Assembly (NCBI RefSeq): GCF_006345805.1
Contig: NC_042999.1
Coordinates: 145,700,001 to 145,764,000 of the forward strand
Direction of reading: 5' to 3'
DNA from: Octopus sinensis
Taxonomy: Eukaryota
Length of the DNA stretch: 64,000 bases
Shown: positions 24,715 to 37,574 of the stretch, piece by piece
Position numbering within the stretch: the first letter of the stretch is position 1
Layout of the letters: each line of letters opens with the position of its first letter
Program-made: the position numbers and the translations under genes
Notes under the pieces: generated by a model
The model's database searches: none
The model's input: only the letters and a program-made list of their open reading frames with translations
What the model was told of the DNA's origin: nothing

Positions 24715-25962
24715 ATACAACATAGGTTGATCGAGACACTGGCATGAAATGTGATCAAACGAGGTTTATTTATCAACATATTCCCACTTGCAGCCCACAT
24801 ACAGCTCTTCCATCGGGGTTGCAGTGCTTGAGTCCATTGGTGAAGAAGTTTTCACTCCTGTTTATCAAAAACGTCATCACCGTTGCGATACTGGTTCTCA
24901 GTTTTTCATGCTGGGGAAGAGATGACAGTCGGATGGGGCCAAATCAGGAGAGTAGGGACAGTGATCAACCAGTTCAAACCCACAGTCACGCACAGCAGTC
25001 ATTGAAACCAAAGACTTGTTGGATTATTGTCCTGATGAAACAGAAACCCTTCCGTCAGTTTTCCTGGTTGTTTGGCTTTCATAGCCTTTCGTAACTATCT
25101 CAGCATGTTGGCAAAATACTCTCCATTGATGGTGCGACCGTATTGAAGGCAGGAAATGTGCACAACCGAACTGAAGTCATCACCTTCTCTGCAAATGAAA
25201 TGACTTTGGCATTCTTTAGAGCAAGTAATGAAGAGTTTTTCAGCTGCATGGATTATTTCTTTGTCTCTGGTTGAAAGAAATGAAGATAATGCTCATCCTG
25301 AATTAGGAAATATACAAGGAAATCAGCTGGGTTTGCCCCAGACAATTACATTTTCCCATGAGATGCGCTTTTTATCAGGTATCAGGAGACGTAGCACCCA
25401 CCAAGGAGAGACCTTTGTCATGCCAATATCATTTTGCAGAATATTGTCGACTCTCTCAGGGGATATGCTAATAGCATTGGCTATTTGATTTATAGTCAGT
25501 TGCATATAATCCATCACCATGTGGTGAACAAGATCAATGTTTTCGTTGGTGGTGACAGATGTAAGCTGTCCAGATCTTAGGTCATCTTCAAGACTCTCCC
25601 TTCACCTCCTAAATTTAGCTGCCCATTTTTGCACTGTTGATAAAGCTGAAGCGTCATCCCTTAATGTAGCGATCATGTGACCCCTTGATGCTACGAGCAT
25701 GTGATTCCTTGATGTAGCGACCATGGGAGCATGAATGTACTTGGGGTCTAGATCCTTTTTCTGTATGTTCTTGATAACGCCACAATGCCAAATTTTTTCC
25801 ATTTTAAAGAGAAGTCACTATTAGATACTTTTGAAGTCTTCTCTGAATAGTCAGATGCCATTTTTACTGGAATGAAACAACAGATATTAATAAGGAGAGC
25901 TGAAATGAATGAAAGTAAGATTTCACAGCTTTAACATCACGCTTTCATAGTTCAGCCTACCC
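24715..25962 (-). mobile_element. Mariner transposon, near full-length but decayed
   Basis: N-terminal MEKIWHCGVIK...STVQKWAAKFRR, WVLRLL (WVPRLL motif) and PYSPDLAPSDCHLFP (about 24920-24960); frameshifts; terminal repeat remnants cataggttga and catagttcagcctaccc. Confidence 0.9.
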
Positions 25963-27220
25963 TTGCATGTGTCTCCATATCTGTGTTATGTTGTTATGTA
26001 TACATGTATGCATGTACTTATGGATGTATGTATGTTTGTATGCATGTATGCTTGGATGTGTATGTATGCATGCATGTATGGATGTGCTTACGTATGCATG
26101 TATGTTTGGATATGTATGTATGCAGGCATGCATGTATGTATGTCTATACATGTATATACATATGTGTATGAATATGTATGTATGTATGTATATATAGTTA
26201 TATGTTTGTGTGTTTGTATGTGTAAGTGTACTATACTACAAAACGAGGCATTCAGCACAATTTATTTGAAAGTTATTAATATTTTGCATATTGTATCGTA
26301 TTTGCAATCATATGGTTTTCAATAGTAGGAGTTTCAGCTTCTTCGAGAAAAAAAAAAGAAAAAAACAAACATTATTTGATTAAGGGATGTTTGTTCCGCC
26401 TGCACAGAAGGGTCAATCAATATCTGAAAATGTAATTTGCATTCCTTGGATTGTCAGCAATAAATTCATTTCAAAACTTCGCATTGCTACAAGAATTTCT
26501 ACCTCTTCTCTTCTGAAAAAATATTTGATAAGCCAGCACCATACTACACTATAGATCTAACAAATAGTGGATCCAGAAACAAAATCACAAATAACCCAAG
26601 CAACACCCATTCATAACCTACGAATAGAAGTAGGGAAATAATGTAGTTTGCTACGTCTTACTCCTGAAATGTTCGGATGAATATAAGAAATATTTCATCA
26701 CCTTAATATTGTAGATGCAGATTTCCCTGAAGGCGGTAGATATAGATAATTCTGTAATAGACGTTCCTTGAAGGTGAGGCATAATTTCATTCTTAGAATG
26801 TAAACAAATTTTCTCATGCAAATCACTGAAGAAGACTAAGTCCCAGTGCATTTGTAGGGATCCCGAATCATGCTTACTACAACAAACAAGCAATGTGAAG
26901 TCAGTAACTTACGAAGAAGTCACCGCAAGTACGCTAATTTAAATCCTTCATTAACAATCACATTGGAGTATACGCGTGGCTTCAAATAATATTTTACCAT
27001 ATCTATTCATTATTCAAGCATATTGACAAAATAAATACCTGAAAAGTAGCTTTCCGGAATTTATCACTTTCTTCTTAAAATACAGGTGGATATGTGCTGT
27101 TGATAAGGTTAAAAATATAAATAGTACATGCGTATAAGTGAAAATATAAATGTGTGTGCGTGTCTGTGCTCACGCCTATAATCTTGTATGTATGTATGTA
27201 TGCATGTATGTATATATGTA

Positions 27221-27340
27221 TGTATGTATGCATAATGTCATAGTTCAGTTTTGTTTCAAGATCTCTTGCTAATAGAGAAATGTATGTATGCATAATGTCA
27301 TAGTTCAGTTTTGTTTCAAGATCTCTTGCTAATAGATAAA
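27221..27340. repeat. 60-bp tandem duplication
   Basis: atgtatgtatgcataatgtcatagttcagttttgtttcaagatctcttgctaataga occurs twice. Confidence 0.95.
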
Positions 27341-27350
27341 TGTATGTATG

Positions 27351-27437
<87 letters not shown>

Positions 27438-27697
27438 GATATATATATATATGTGTGTGAGAGTATGTGTGTGTGTGTGTATGTGCATGATAACTTCTGG
27501 GTGTCATGGCTGTCATTTGAATGATTTAATCGTGGATGAACGAAGCGACCCGACAATATCCGGACTGGTGTCAGGATGTGAAACTGATAGCTATTGCCTT
27601 TCCATCTTATAACTCTTATGCGTTTAGAATCCTACGAAGACAAGCGTATGAACTACAAACAGGTGTATTAGTTTGGCGCTCGGGAAAGTGAAACAGT

Positions 27698-27733
27698 CTT
27701 TTATGTTTCGAGATTACGCTCTTCAGCAGAAAG
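27698..27733 (-). ncRNA. Degenerate minimal hammerhead-like motif
   Basis: Minus strand CTTT-CTGCTGA-A-GAGC-GTAA-TCTC-GAAA-CATA-AAAG; stem I CTTT/AAAG intact, A6 substituted. Confidence 0.4.
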
Positions 27734-27809
27734 GAATGAGAAAATAAACAGGGAGAGAATTGAAAAAAACTTGTGGATTTAGCGGTCAAGCATACACACA
27801 CACACACAC

Positions 27810-27857
<48 letters not shown>

Positions 27858-28054
27858 TTCCTCGACCGTCGTCCCGACCCCACTCCTGGCACCCCCACCC
27901 TCCTCCGCCTGGCAGAGCTCGTCCTAACCCTCAACTGTTTCACGTTCGCCGGGGAAAAAGAAAATGAAAGGCTTTCAACATGTGATCTCTTGAGCACCAC
28001 TAGCTCAAATATTTTTTCCTCTGTCTTCCCTTCTTGGGATCTTTCCTTCTCCTT

Positions 28055-28089
28055 GTTTCCGACGAAGAGCTCCGCTCGAAATGTTTAAC
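28055..28089 (+). ncRNA. Second copy of the CCGA-core hammerhead-like motif, degenerate stem III
   Basis: GTTT-CCGACGA-A-GAGC-TCC-GCTC-GAAA-TGTT-TAAC; flanks (about 28010-28150) are the reverse complement of about 10550-10690. Confidence 0.5.
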
Positions 28090-28198
28090 CCTCCTTCCCT
28101 TCATTCCTGAGCGTCAATAATACTTTAATTGTTCCACGTCCTGCGTTGCTGTGTTTTTTTTCTCTTTTTTTCTGTGTTTTCTTGTTTGGATTAACTTC

Positions 28199-28251
<53 letters not shown>

Positions 28252-28559
28252 TGTGTGTGTTTGTGTGTGTGTACTCTTTTAAAATATGAAAATGGGGATT
28301 GGGAAGTTAAAAATTGTTTATTATTAATAGCAAATTGGTCATCTTCATTTAGATGTTTGCGAATTCCTTTTATTCTGCTAAAATCAATTATGTGCTCATG
28401 TCACATAATGTAAATTCAATGTTTATTGAGTATTAATAGAAACGGCTGTAAGTAAAGATGACAAATTTGCTATTAATAATAAACAATCATTAACTTAACA
28501 ATCTCCATTTTGTTCTTCTTTTAAAGGAATATAAACTATGTTTTTATATATGCTTATTA

Positions 28560-29410
28560 TTTTAAGGAAATTCATTTCCTATAATTACCAGGTATTGAGG
28601 GATCGAACCAGTATTTCCTTGCATGAAACCATTCCTTGCATGAAACCATGTGGGGTTAACACAAACTCTAATTGAATATATATATATATATGTCTATTTT
28701 CAGCATATTTGGCATTGGAACCTTTTTCTTTTGTCCTTGTTTATAAGTTGTTTATAAATTTAACCTTCAAAGGTATTTTTTAATATGCTGGCCATTGATA
28801 AAATTTTTTTCGAAAAATTTTATCCTATATTAGATGTAGATTTAATAGTGTTCCCTTCCGGACGCTCTCACTCTATGAGAGTTTTCAGTCCGATCGCACG
28901 TGTCTCGGGGTGTGCTGGAGAATTTCTATTTTGGATATATTTGGGGTACTTAATTGTGCTCAAGAATTAGTGTTTGCTTCCATGGGTATAAGTAAGTATT
29001 TCATTAACTCTGAAATCGGGGCCGATATGATAATAACGGAATTTTTAGAAATTTCTGTCGGCTTGGTTCGAGACGCGTGCTTATAGTGATGAATTATATG
29101 GTTATTGATGATTTGTCTATTTTCGGCATATTTGTCATTGGAATTTTTTTCTTTTGCCCTTGTTTATAAGTTGTATATATATATATATATCTGTAAATGT
29201 AATATGTGACAATTATTCGGTAGCCATGATAAAACTCGGAAAAATGCTCCAATGGCTGGATAACTGAAGAGATGGCGACGTGAATTTCCACCCCGGCATC
29301 TGAAACTCGGAGTTTTATCATGGCTACCGAATAATTGTCACATATTACATTTACAGATAAATTCCTCTGTTTACATAATATCGAGGTCTCTTTCATTCTT
29401 TTGTTGTCTT
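28560..29410. mobile_element. Rearranged repeat cluster, probably PLE terminal repeats, with a 49-bp fold-back at 29189-29358
   Basis: Direct repeat tgtctatttt...ccttgtttataagttg at about 28690 and 29115; 29245-29410 is an inverted copy of 37175-37340. Confidence 0.5.
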
Positions 29411-29412
29411 AC

Positions 29413-29492
<80 letters not shown>

Positions 29493-30816
29493 GAAACCAA
29501 TGAAAATTTGAAAAGTCCAAAATACACAAAAATCTCAAGATCTGATAAAATCATACATATATTTATCAAAGACTATCTACGTTCTGAAGAAAGATGTTAA
29601 CTACAGTAATTTCTTCAAAAGCTTGATAGCCTTTGATGTATGTTTGTTAATCTATCAGATATTAAGATCTTCGTATGTTGGATTTTCTAGCTTTGATTTT
29701 GAAAGAAAATGCCAACGTAACGATTTATCTGAATCATTCATATCTTGTATGTTGTGAGTTTTGTTGTAAGGATTTGTACTAGATAAGGCTGTTACTTGAA
29801 GTTGTTTTGTAAAACGCTAGGTGCTATGGCTCATATTAATTCGCCTATGTTACAAATGAATTTATTTAATAATGATGTGAATGTTCATTCTTAACACCTT
29901 CTATGTTATGCCGTGGAGTAGAATATGTAGTCTCACGATGTTGAATTTTGTCTCCAGAGTAACGTTACTGGACTGTGCTCGTAGCTCGGAGATTAGGGAG
30001 TTTCCTGAGCTAGATGATGTGTGTAATCAACACGTTCTAGAGACGTCAGTGAGCCCTCAGACACCGGTATTTTGGTATGATTGGTGTCGTCATTAAGGGA
30101 CAACGATTGGAGATCTAAAGCTCGACAAGAACACTTGGTCCTGTTTACGAAATTCACCAGGCAAAACATTTGGGGTACCTTGTTGAATCGATCCCCTGTA
30201 AAGACATTGGAGTCTAAGTTTTAATCTTCTCAGCTATACTACGTGTCTTCTATACTGAGAAATTCTGCACCTCACCTGTGGACAATATACCTTCTGCTCG
30301 GCCAGCGTTACATATAGATAACACTCATGGACAAAAAATTCTTGGGCACATATAAAAAGAATACCTCTACATGGAACTCTTTCTACAGAAAACAAACGAC
30401 TTCATTACTAGAATGAGATGGAGATCCCTATACTATGACCTCTAATCTAATAGTTCCCTCTCTATCAATGAAAAAGGGATTTGTATCACCTTTCTTCAAC
30501 CACTTTAATTTTCTCTATCGTTTGTACTCGCTGTAAGTTGAACCCATTAATATAAATATCTTTATATTTATCATCCGAAAGCCTCCGTCTTTTGCTTTCT
30601 CTTGTTTTGCGTGTATACATAAATACCTGTTTTGTATTTCTCATCCAAATTGCTTTATTTAATATATTTAATACATTTAATGTGTCTAATTTGTTTATTC
30701 GCATAAATGTCTGTCTGTGTGTCAGTCTGTCTGTTTGCCTGTCTGTGTGTCTGTCTGATGCCTGTCTCTCTCTGTCTCTCTGTCTCTCTCTCTGTCTCTG
30801 TCTGTCTGTCTGTCTG

Positions 30817-30877
<61 letters not shown>

Positions 30878-30999
30878 GTGCGTGCGTGTGCGTGTGTATG
30901 TGAATAAAAGTGTAGTATAAAATATGAATTCAGAGAATCGTGCAGCTATCACTGTAAGCACGTCATATTAGAGTGAGACCCCGTTGGGATTCGTGCTTC

Positions 31000-31290
31000 C
31001 AGCGGAACCCTGCTCCCTTTAGCTTCTCTCGTCAGATCAGATTCAGAGTGCTGTGCTCAAGAGTACTCAACATTATGTCACAGTGAGCAATCCTGAGCAA
31101 GATGTTTCCACACTTTTTCAAGGTTGTCTTCAGCGTGTATTTGAATTTATTCTCTGGGCCCTCGCGTGACCGAGAGCCTTCTGTTAGTTTTCAGAAAAGA
31201 TCTGTTTTAGGAGTTTGGATCTGAGTATACGCACTGCTGCCACTACACAGCAGCTGGAATTTGATCCGGAAAGCATACATGCTTAGGGTA
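31000..31290 (-). mobile_element. RTE-clade LINE ORF2 3' remnant
   Basis: Minus strand KQIF.E.LTEGSRSREGPENKFKYTLKTTLKKCG resembles the RTE tail KQLLYSEL..G.RS.GGQKKRYKDTLK..LKKCG. Confidence 0.6.
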
Positions 31291-31936
31291 CTTGCTCTCT
31301 CAAGCACAGTTATATATGGAATTTTATCCCGCCAACAGATGTTAAAATCTTTTCGCAGCCATGTTTATTGAAAGTGGTTAAGCTTTTTGGTATGTCTTTT
31401 GTAATTTGTCCAGGATTCACAAATATGAAGTAGTGTAACCACCACGATAACTTTGTGTATGTCAAGTTTTGTGGTAATATGAAAAATATAGCTACACTAC
31501 ATATGTTTTGCATTCTTGCTGTAGACCATATCATATTGAGCGCTCCTCTAACAATTACTCTATGTATACACCCCCTCGCCATAAAAACCATTGTCATTTG
31601 TACACGATAACCTTCCTTGTGCACTGCACTGAATGTTTCTTCTTACTATATAAGACAGACACCTCGGAATCAGAGACGAGATTAATTAAATAATTCCACT
31701 TCAGTGAAAATAAAATGTTTTCCTTATAACAAAATGAAATTTATTGATTTTAAATGAGATGTCGAAATTCCTAGGTGTCTAATATGTCAACAAAGGAAAG
31801 CTGTTTAATCTGAACCGTTGTAAATTTGAATCGATAACATTATAACTTCAGTTCATGATTTGTAATAAATAAATGTTTGTATCTTTGTGAGTTACATAAA
31901 GTTCTAAACAATATCATGTCAATATTTAGTTGAAAA

Positions 31937-32156
31937 GGCGGCGAGCTGGCAGAAACGGTAACACTCAGGGCAAAATGCTTAGCAGTATTTCGTCTGTCTT
32001 TACGTTCTGAATTGAAATTCCGCTGTGGTCTTCTTTGCCTTTCATCCTTTCGGAGTCGATATATTAAGTACCAGATGCATGCTGAGGTCGATCTAATCGA
32101 CTGTCCCTCTCCACCAAAATGTTGAGCCTTGTGCCTAGAGTAGAAAAGAATGTTAG
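31937..32156 (+). mobile_element. SINE family A with 8-bp target-site duplication
   Basis: gttgaaaa at 31929-31936 and 32157-32164. Confidence 0.85.
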
Positions 32157-32394
32157 GTTGAAAATACTCTTTTGGAGAGAAAAGTTCAAAGGATGTCTGT
32201 AGAACTCGAACATACAACTGTAGACATAGCAGGCGTTCTTCCATTGAACTAAAACAATACTTATATATATATATATTATATATATATATATATTATATAT
32301 ATATATATATATATAATATATATATACAGAGGCATGCATATTAACGTATAGATGTAAATGGATAGAAAAATTTGAAGGATTGTTTTAGTTCAGT

Positions 32395-32444
<50 letters not shown>

Positions 32445-32492
32445 TACATCCAAGTGTTAAAATTCGTTCTCATGCATACATACATACATATA

Positions 32493-32636
32493 AGGGTAGA
32501 TGTGGCAGTGTGATAAGAAGTTTGCTTCTTAACCACATAGTTCCAGGTTGAATCCCACGTATCTTTTACTGTAGCTTCAGGCTGACCCAAGCCATGTGAG
32601 TGGATTTTGGTAGACGGAAACTGAAAGAAGCCCACC

Positions 32637-32670
<34 letters not shown>

Positions 32671-32901
32671 TTATGTGTTTAAGTCTTTGTATATGTGTTT
32701 GTCCCCACCGCCATCGCTTGACAACTGATGTTGCTGTGTTTACGACGCCGTACGCCCCCGTAACTTACCAAAAAAACTGATAGAATAAACACTAATTAAT
32801 CTTTTTAAGTCCTGGGGTTGATTGCCTCGACTAAAGACCTTTTAAGATGATGCTCCAGCAAGGCTGTAGTCAAAAAGACTGAAACAATTAAAAGAATAAA
32901 G

Positions 32902-32902
<1 letters not shown>
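32493..32902 (+). mobile_element. SINE family B with internal (TA)n
   Basis: tgtggcagtgtgataagaagtttgc...gacggaaactgaaagaagccc (TA)n ...gactgaaacaattaaaagaa. Confidence 0.8.
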
Positions 32903-32970
<68 letters not shown>

Positions 32971-32972
32971 TA

Positions 32973-34396
32973 TGACAAAATTTCCCTCTCTGTCTTCCAC
33001 GATAATCCAGCGCGTTACAATACTTTTTTCGTCTGGCGTTAACAGCCCTTCTTATCTTGTTCTCCTTGTCTTGTCTCTCACTGTTTATATTTTATTTTTC
33101 CACTGTTTATATATATATTTTTTTATACTGTTTATATGTTTGTACTGTCGTTACCGTCTTGCTTTTTTTTACCCCTCTGCGAAAAGATCTCAGAATTTTA
33201 ATTGATTTGCTTTTCGCGGGAAGGAATTTTTCTTCGAAGTATACGTCTCGCTTTTATCCTTCGAAACGTTTAGTAGATGAAATCTTAGCGACTGAAGAAG
33301 GGGATTTTTCGTTGTGCTTATTGTGCCTGTATCTCTCCCTTTTTTTTGCTTGTCTTGTTCCTTGGTTTGTGTCTATGTGTTTCGTCTCTCTATGTGTTCG
33401 ACGTCTTTTTGGTGTCCTGTACACATATATGCGTGTATATGTACATGTAGAGGTAGGTACGTACATATATTTTATATATATGCATATATTCTATTTTATT
33501 AACATATTATACGATTAAACGCACGCACCCTACTAAGTAAGATTGTTCTGTTTATCAAGTTAGCCTTGATATTAACTCTCACGCGACTCTGCATCTTTCT
33601 TTCTTTCTTTCTCTCCCATTCCCTTTTTCGTCTTTTTTTTTTTTTTTCCCTCACTTAACTTGTCTCTTCCCTCTCCTCTCTCCTCTTCATTCTTCATTCT
33701 CTCTCCTTTCACACCATTCTTCATGGTCTCCTCGCACCATTCCCCTTCTTCTCTCTCTTCCTCTTGCTCCTCCTCCCCCATTCCCGTCATCCATCTGCGA
33801 CGATACTTCCGTCGTGACTGCTGTCCTGTCCTTTCTCGCCCGCCTCGCAAGGCTTTTGGTTGACAAAATTTCCCTCTCTGTCTTCCACGATATCCAGCGT
33901 TTACAATACTTTTTTCGTCTGGCGTTAACAGCCCTTCTTATCTTGTTCTCCTTGTCTTGTCTCTCACTGTTATATATTTATTTTTCCACTGTTTATATAT
34001 ATATTTTTTACTGTTTATATGTTTGTACTGTCGTTACCGTCTTGCTTTTTTTTTTACCCCTCTGCGAAAAGATCTCAGAATTTTAATTGATTTGCTTTTC
34101 GCGGAAGGAATTTTTCTTCGAAGTATACTCTCGCTTTTATCCTTCGAAACGTTTAGTAGATGAAATCTTAGCGACTGAAGAAGGGGATTTTTCGTTGTGC
34201 TTATTGTCCTGTATCTCTCTCCTTTTTTTTTGCTTGTCTTGTTCCTTGGTTTGTGTCTATGTGTTTCGTCCTCTCTATGTGTGTTCGACGTCTTTTTGGT
34301 GTCCTGTACACATATATGCGTGTATATGTACATGTAGAGGTAGGTACGTACATATATGTTTATATATATGCATATATTCTATTTTATTAACATATA
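32973..34396. repeat. Near-identical duplication of about 535 bp (32973-33506 and 33861-34396), possibly PLE pseudo-LTRs
   Basis: tgacaaaatttccctctctgtcttccacgat... occurs twice; differences are mostly 1-2 nt indels. Confidence 0.9.
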
Positions 34397-34476
34397 TATA
34401 ATATATATATACATACATACATACACACACACGCACCACATACCCACACACATATATATATGTACATATATATATA

Positions 34477-34529
<53 letters not shown>

Positions 34530-34804
34530 ATATATATATATATATATATATGTATGTATATATGCATACAGTCACACGCACTCTCACACATATATCCATG
34601 TATATATATATATATATATATTAATTAATAAGGGTGAGAGAATTAGATACTAACTTAATAGTATATCTATTCAACACCAAGTGGCCTAGTGCTCCGAGAA
34701 ACCTGGATTATTATAATATTTTATAATATATTATAATATAGCCATATAGTGACCACTCTCTTATATTTATATATATATATATATATATATGTACACACAC
34801 ACAT

Positions 34805-34905
34805 CCCCATAAATAAAGAGACTTTCGATGCCGCTACCCGGTACTACAACGAAACTTTGGCTGCCAACGGTTTTAAGAATAGAATTAGTTACGCGCCCGA
34901 TCCTA
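34805..34905 (+). mobile_element. Penelope-like RT C-terminal fragment
   Basis: INKETFDAATRYYNETLAANGFKNRISY resembles PLE N.E.F..A...YN.AL...G(Y/F)...L.Y. Confidence 0.5.
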
Positions 34906-37048
34906 ACTGCACCCAGTGGCAGCTCGTGGATAGGCACTGCAAAACCACAGCACATCGTATTTCCAGTCGATATTATCGATAACATTCAATATAAAAAGTT
35001 ATTTTTCTTTAATTCCTTCTTTATACTTCTACATTATATAATCCTTAAGCTTAATGTCTGTACCCATCCCTTGGTTTATGATAAAATACAGAAATCCTTA
35101 TAGAGGACTGTGCCCTTCACAGTTCCAGCGACGCGGTTTTTGGTTGTTGTGCTCATACACACATGTCAGCTGCAGGCTAGGGAGAGAGACCACTGTCGTT
35201 CCCGCAGTGGCCACCTTTTCTGCTGGTGGAAGGTAGTATTTCTTTTGGACTCCGCGTGTGTAGTGCTTAAAAACGTGTTTATATTCTTTAATGTGTAGAA
35301 TTAGATGATTATTCTGCTTCCATCTACAGTGTTGCTGCCAAGATTTGAAAAATAGGGCAGATTTCCCCCCTTATTTTTTGATTTAGGGGGAATTATTGAA
35401 AAACAAGGGGTGTTCAGCGAACTAATTAAACACCCTACACGGAAGTAGATAAAACGCGAACCAATAACGTTTTAGTATAAATTTTCTTTTTATATGTTTG
35501 TTTTCTTTTACACAATGTTAAAACGACGCCTAATCATTTTCTGAAACAGCACACCAACTAATTTTATCTACGAACCGCCACTGACTACACCAGTAGAAAA
35601 GTGTTGTGCTTCACACTCCAATTAACTTTAAATGTAAAAACTTGTGTGGGTAAAATTTTTTGTTAGCATAGTGGATAGGCACATTCTCCATACCGATAGA
35701 TTCAGTAAAATATTTAATAGACACACTTCAAGAATTTCTTTTTGTTGTGCACCGAGTATAATGTAAATACAAGCAAATAGGTCCACACTTAAAACAGAAG
35801 CAGGATGCTCTTGCAGAGGCAACACCACATATAATCGTAATTGCTAATACAAAGTATATGAAACAGTGAAGACCTGAAGCAACTCTAATAGGCAGTTAGT
35901 CGTGGGGATGTATGTGAGAGGGATAGAAGATTTCAACAGAAGGAATCTTGCAAAATGAATTAATAAACATAGATAATTATTGTTTGCATTTGCAGTCGAA
36001 GAATCAAAGAACCGTTATGTTTTCTTCTGGATGTTATAAATATCATATTTTTGGAAGCGAAAAAAAAATACCTTAAATGTTTATATATTTTATTTCAGAA
36101 CATATCAAATGATCCCATAAAGGTTGTTGTGATTTTGAAATCTCATATTGGTGTCCCGTGAAATAGATGCCCGTTTGCTTATGTTAACCTTTTCAGCTAT
36201 CACGTTACATACAAAGATGAGTGACAACTGAAATTTATTTAATTATCATTATGATAGAAACATATTAAGTGTCATTATGAATGCATACATGCAACTAATC
36301 ATACTCTCGAAAATCTAGTTATATAAATGTAGTTTAATCTAATAACCAATTGAACAGAGAACAAGTCAACAGAGAACAATTGATTCAGATATTTAATATC
36401 TTATGTTGGTGTACTTGTTACCATGCTGACTAGAATACATAACAAAACTTTTCATACCTTCCAGTCAGAACGATAACATTTCAGACACATTCGTAGGTAT
36501 TCCTAAATCTATATAACATTTTGGACATAATTACTGAAATTCCAACGGGTAAATTCAAATTTTAATATACCTGTCTTACCATCTTTCCACAATCAGTACC
36601 CACACTCGCATGTAACGCTTTGTCTAGACATCTCATATAATACTGTCAGAAATTTGTTGCTGTGGTATAATGAAACATGAGGTCTAGAAAGGGAAAAGGA
36701 CTACAGCTTCACAACGGAACATGAAACTGAAGTTGTTATTTGTAGTACGAATGTAAGTACGCATGTACGAATGTATATATGTACATAAATATGCAAATAC
36801 ATATACTTACATAACCTGACGAGGGTTATGTAAGTCGATGAAACTTTAAGATGCATTAGCCGAATTAAACTGTTTTAAAGAACAACAACAGCAATTATAA
36901 TTATATATATATGTATACCATTCTGCCTAAATAATGGAACTACAGATACAATATCCCTGCATATCTCACGTCTATTTTCATTCCTACACTTCACTCTCTA
37001 TTTCATATCTTATCTAGAATAACTATTGTTTAACTATTTCCTCACACC

Positions 37049-37096
37049 GCTTCCGATGAAGGGATACATAAAATACCCCGGAAACAGCTGTAAGAC
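37049..37096 (+). ncRNA. Degenerate type-I hammerhead-like motif with palindromic ACAGCTGT stem III
   Basis: gctt-CCGATGA-AGGGATA..TACCCCG-GAAA-CAGCTG-TA|AGAC; the same 3' half occurs on the minus strand at 39647-39662. Confidence 0.45.
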
Positions 37097-37574
37097 CTAT
37101 TTATAATTGTTCTGAAATCTTTCACAGCCTTGGATTTTTACTTCATTCTGTTAATTTATATATATATTGATAGAAATGATAAGACAACAAAAGAATGAAA
37201 GAGGCCTCGACTTTATGTAAATAGAGGAATTTATCTGTAAATGTAATATGTGACAATTATTCGGTAGCAATGATAAAACTCCGAAATTCGGATGTCGAGG
37301 TGGAAATCCACGCGGCCATCTCTTCAGTTATCCAGTCATCGGCAAAAATGCTATGATAATGACCGTTAAACAGAGGAAAATTACCGTGTGGTTGACAGTT
37401 CTTAAAGCAAAAGAGCTATTTGAATGACCGCTAAGTGAGGGGAGGGAGTAAAAGTAATGGGGTAATAATGTTCATAGTATTCGCGTAATCGCGCATGTCC
37501 ATACCTACACATGCGCGCCCGCACGCCCACGTATATGCGCCTATAAGTATATACTCATCCACCCTCACTTCAAA

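Noticed and set aside
33255-33305. tccttcGAAACGTT and CTGAAGA near each other as a possible hammerhead
   Set aside because: The order and stems do not give a coherent fold; no core precedes the candidate stem II.
33057-33518. 153-aa ORF, the longest in the track
   Set aside because: Low-complexity F/L/Y/C-rich translation of a duplicated repeat; the second copy has frameshifting indels.
35110-35236. FTVPAT resembling ALK WKVPATDTY
   Set aside because: No GIQ.W before it, no GA.GG after it; only a 4-residue match.
36816-36850. CTGACGA...GAAAC as another hammerhead
   Set aside because: Stems II and III cannot be paired convincingly in this copy.
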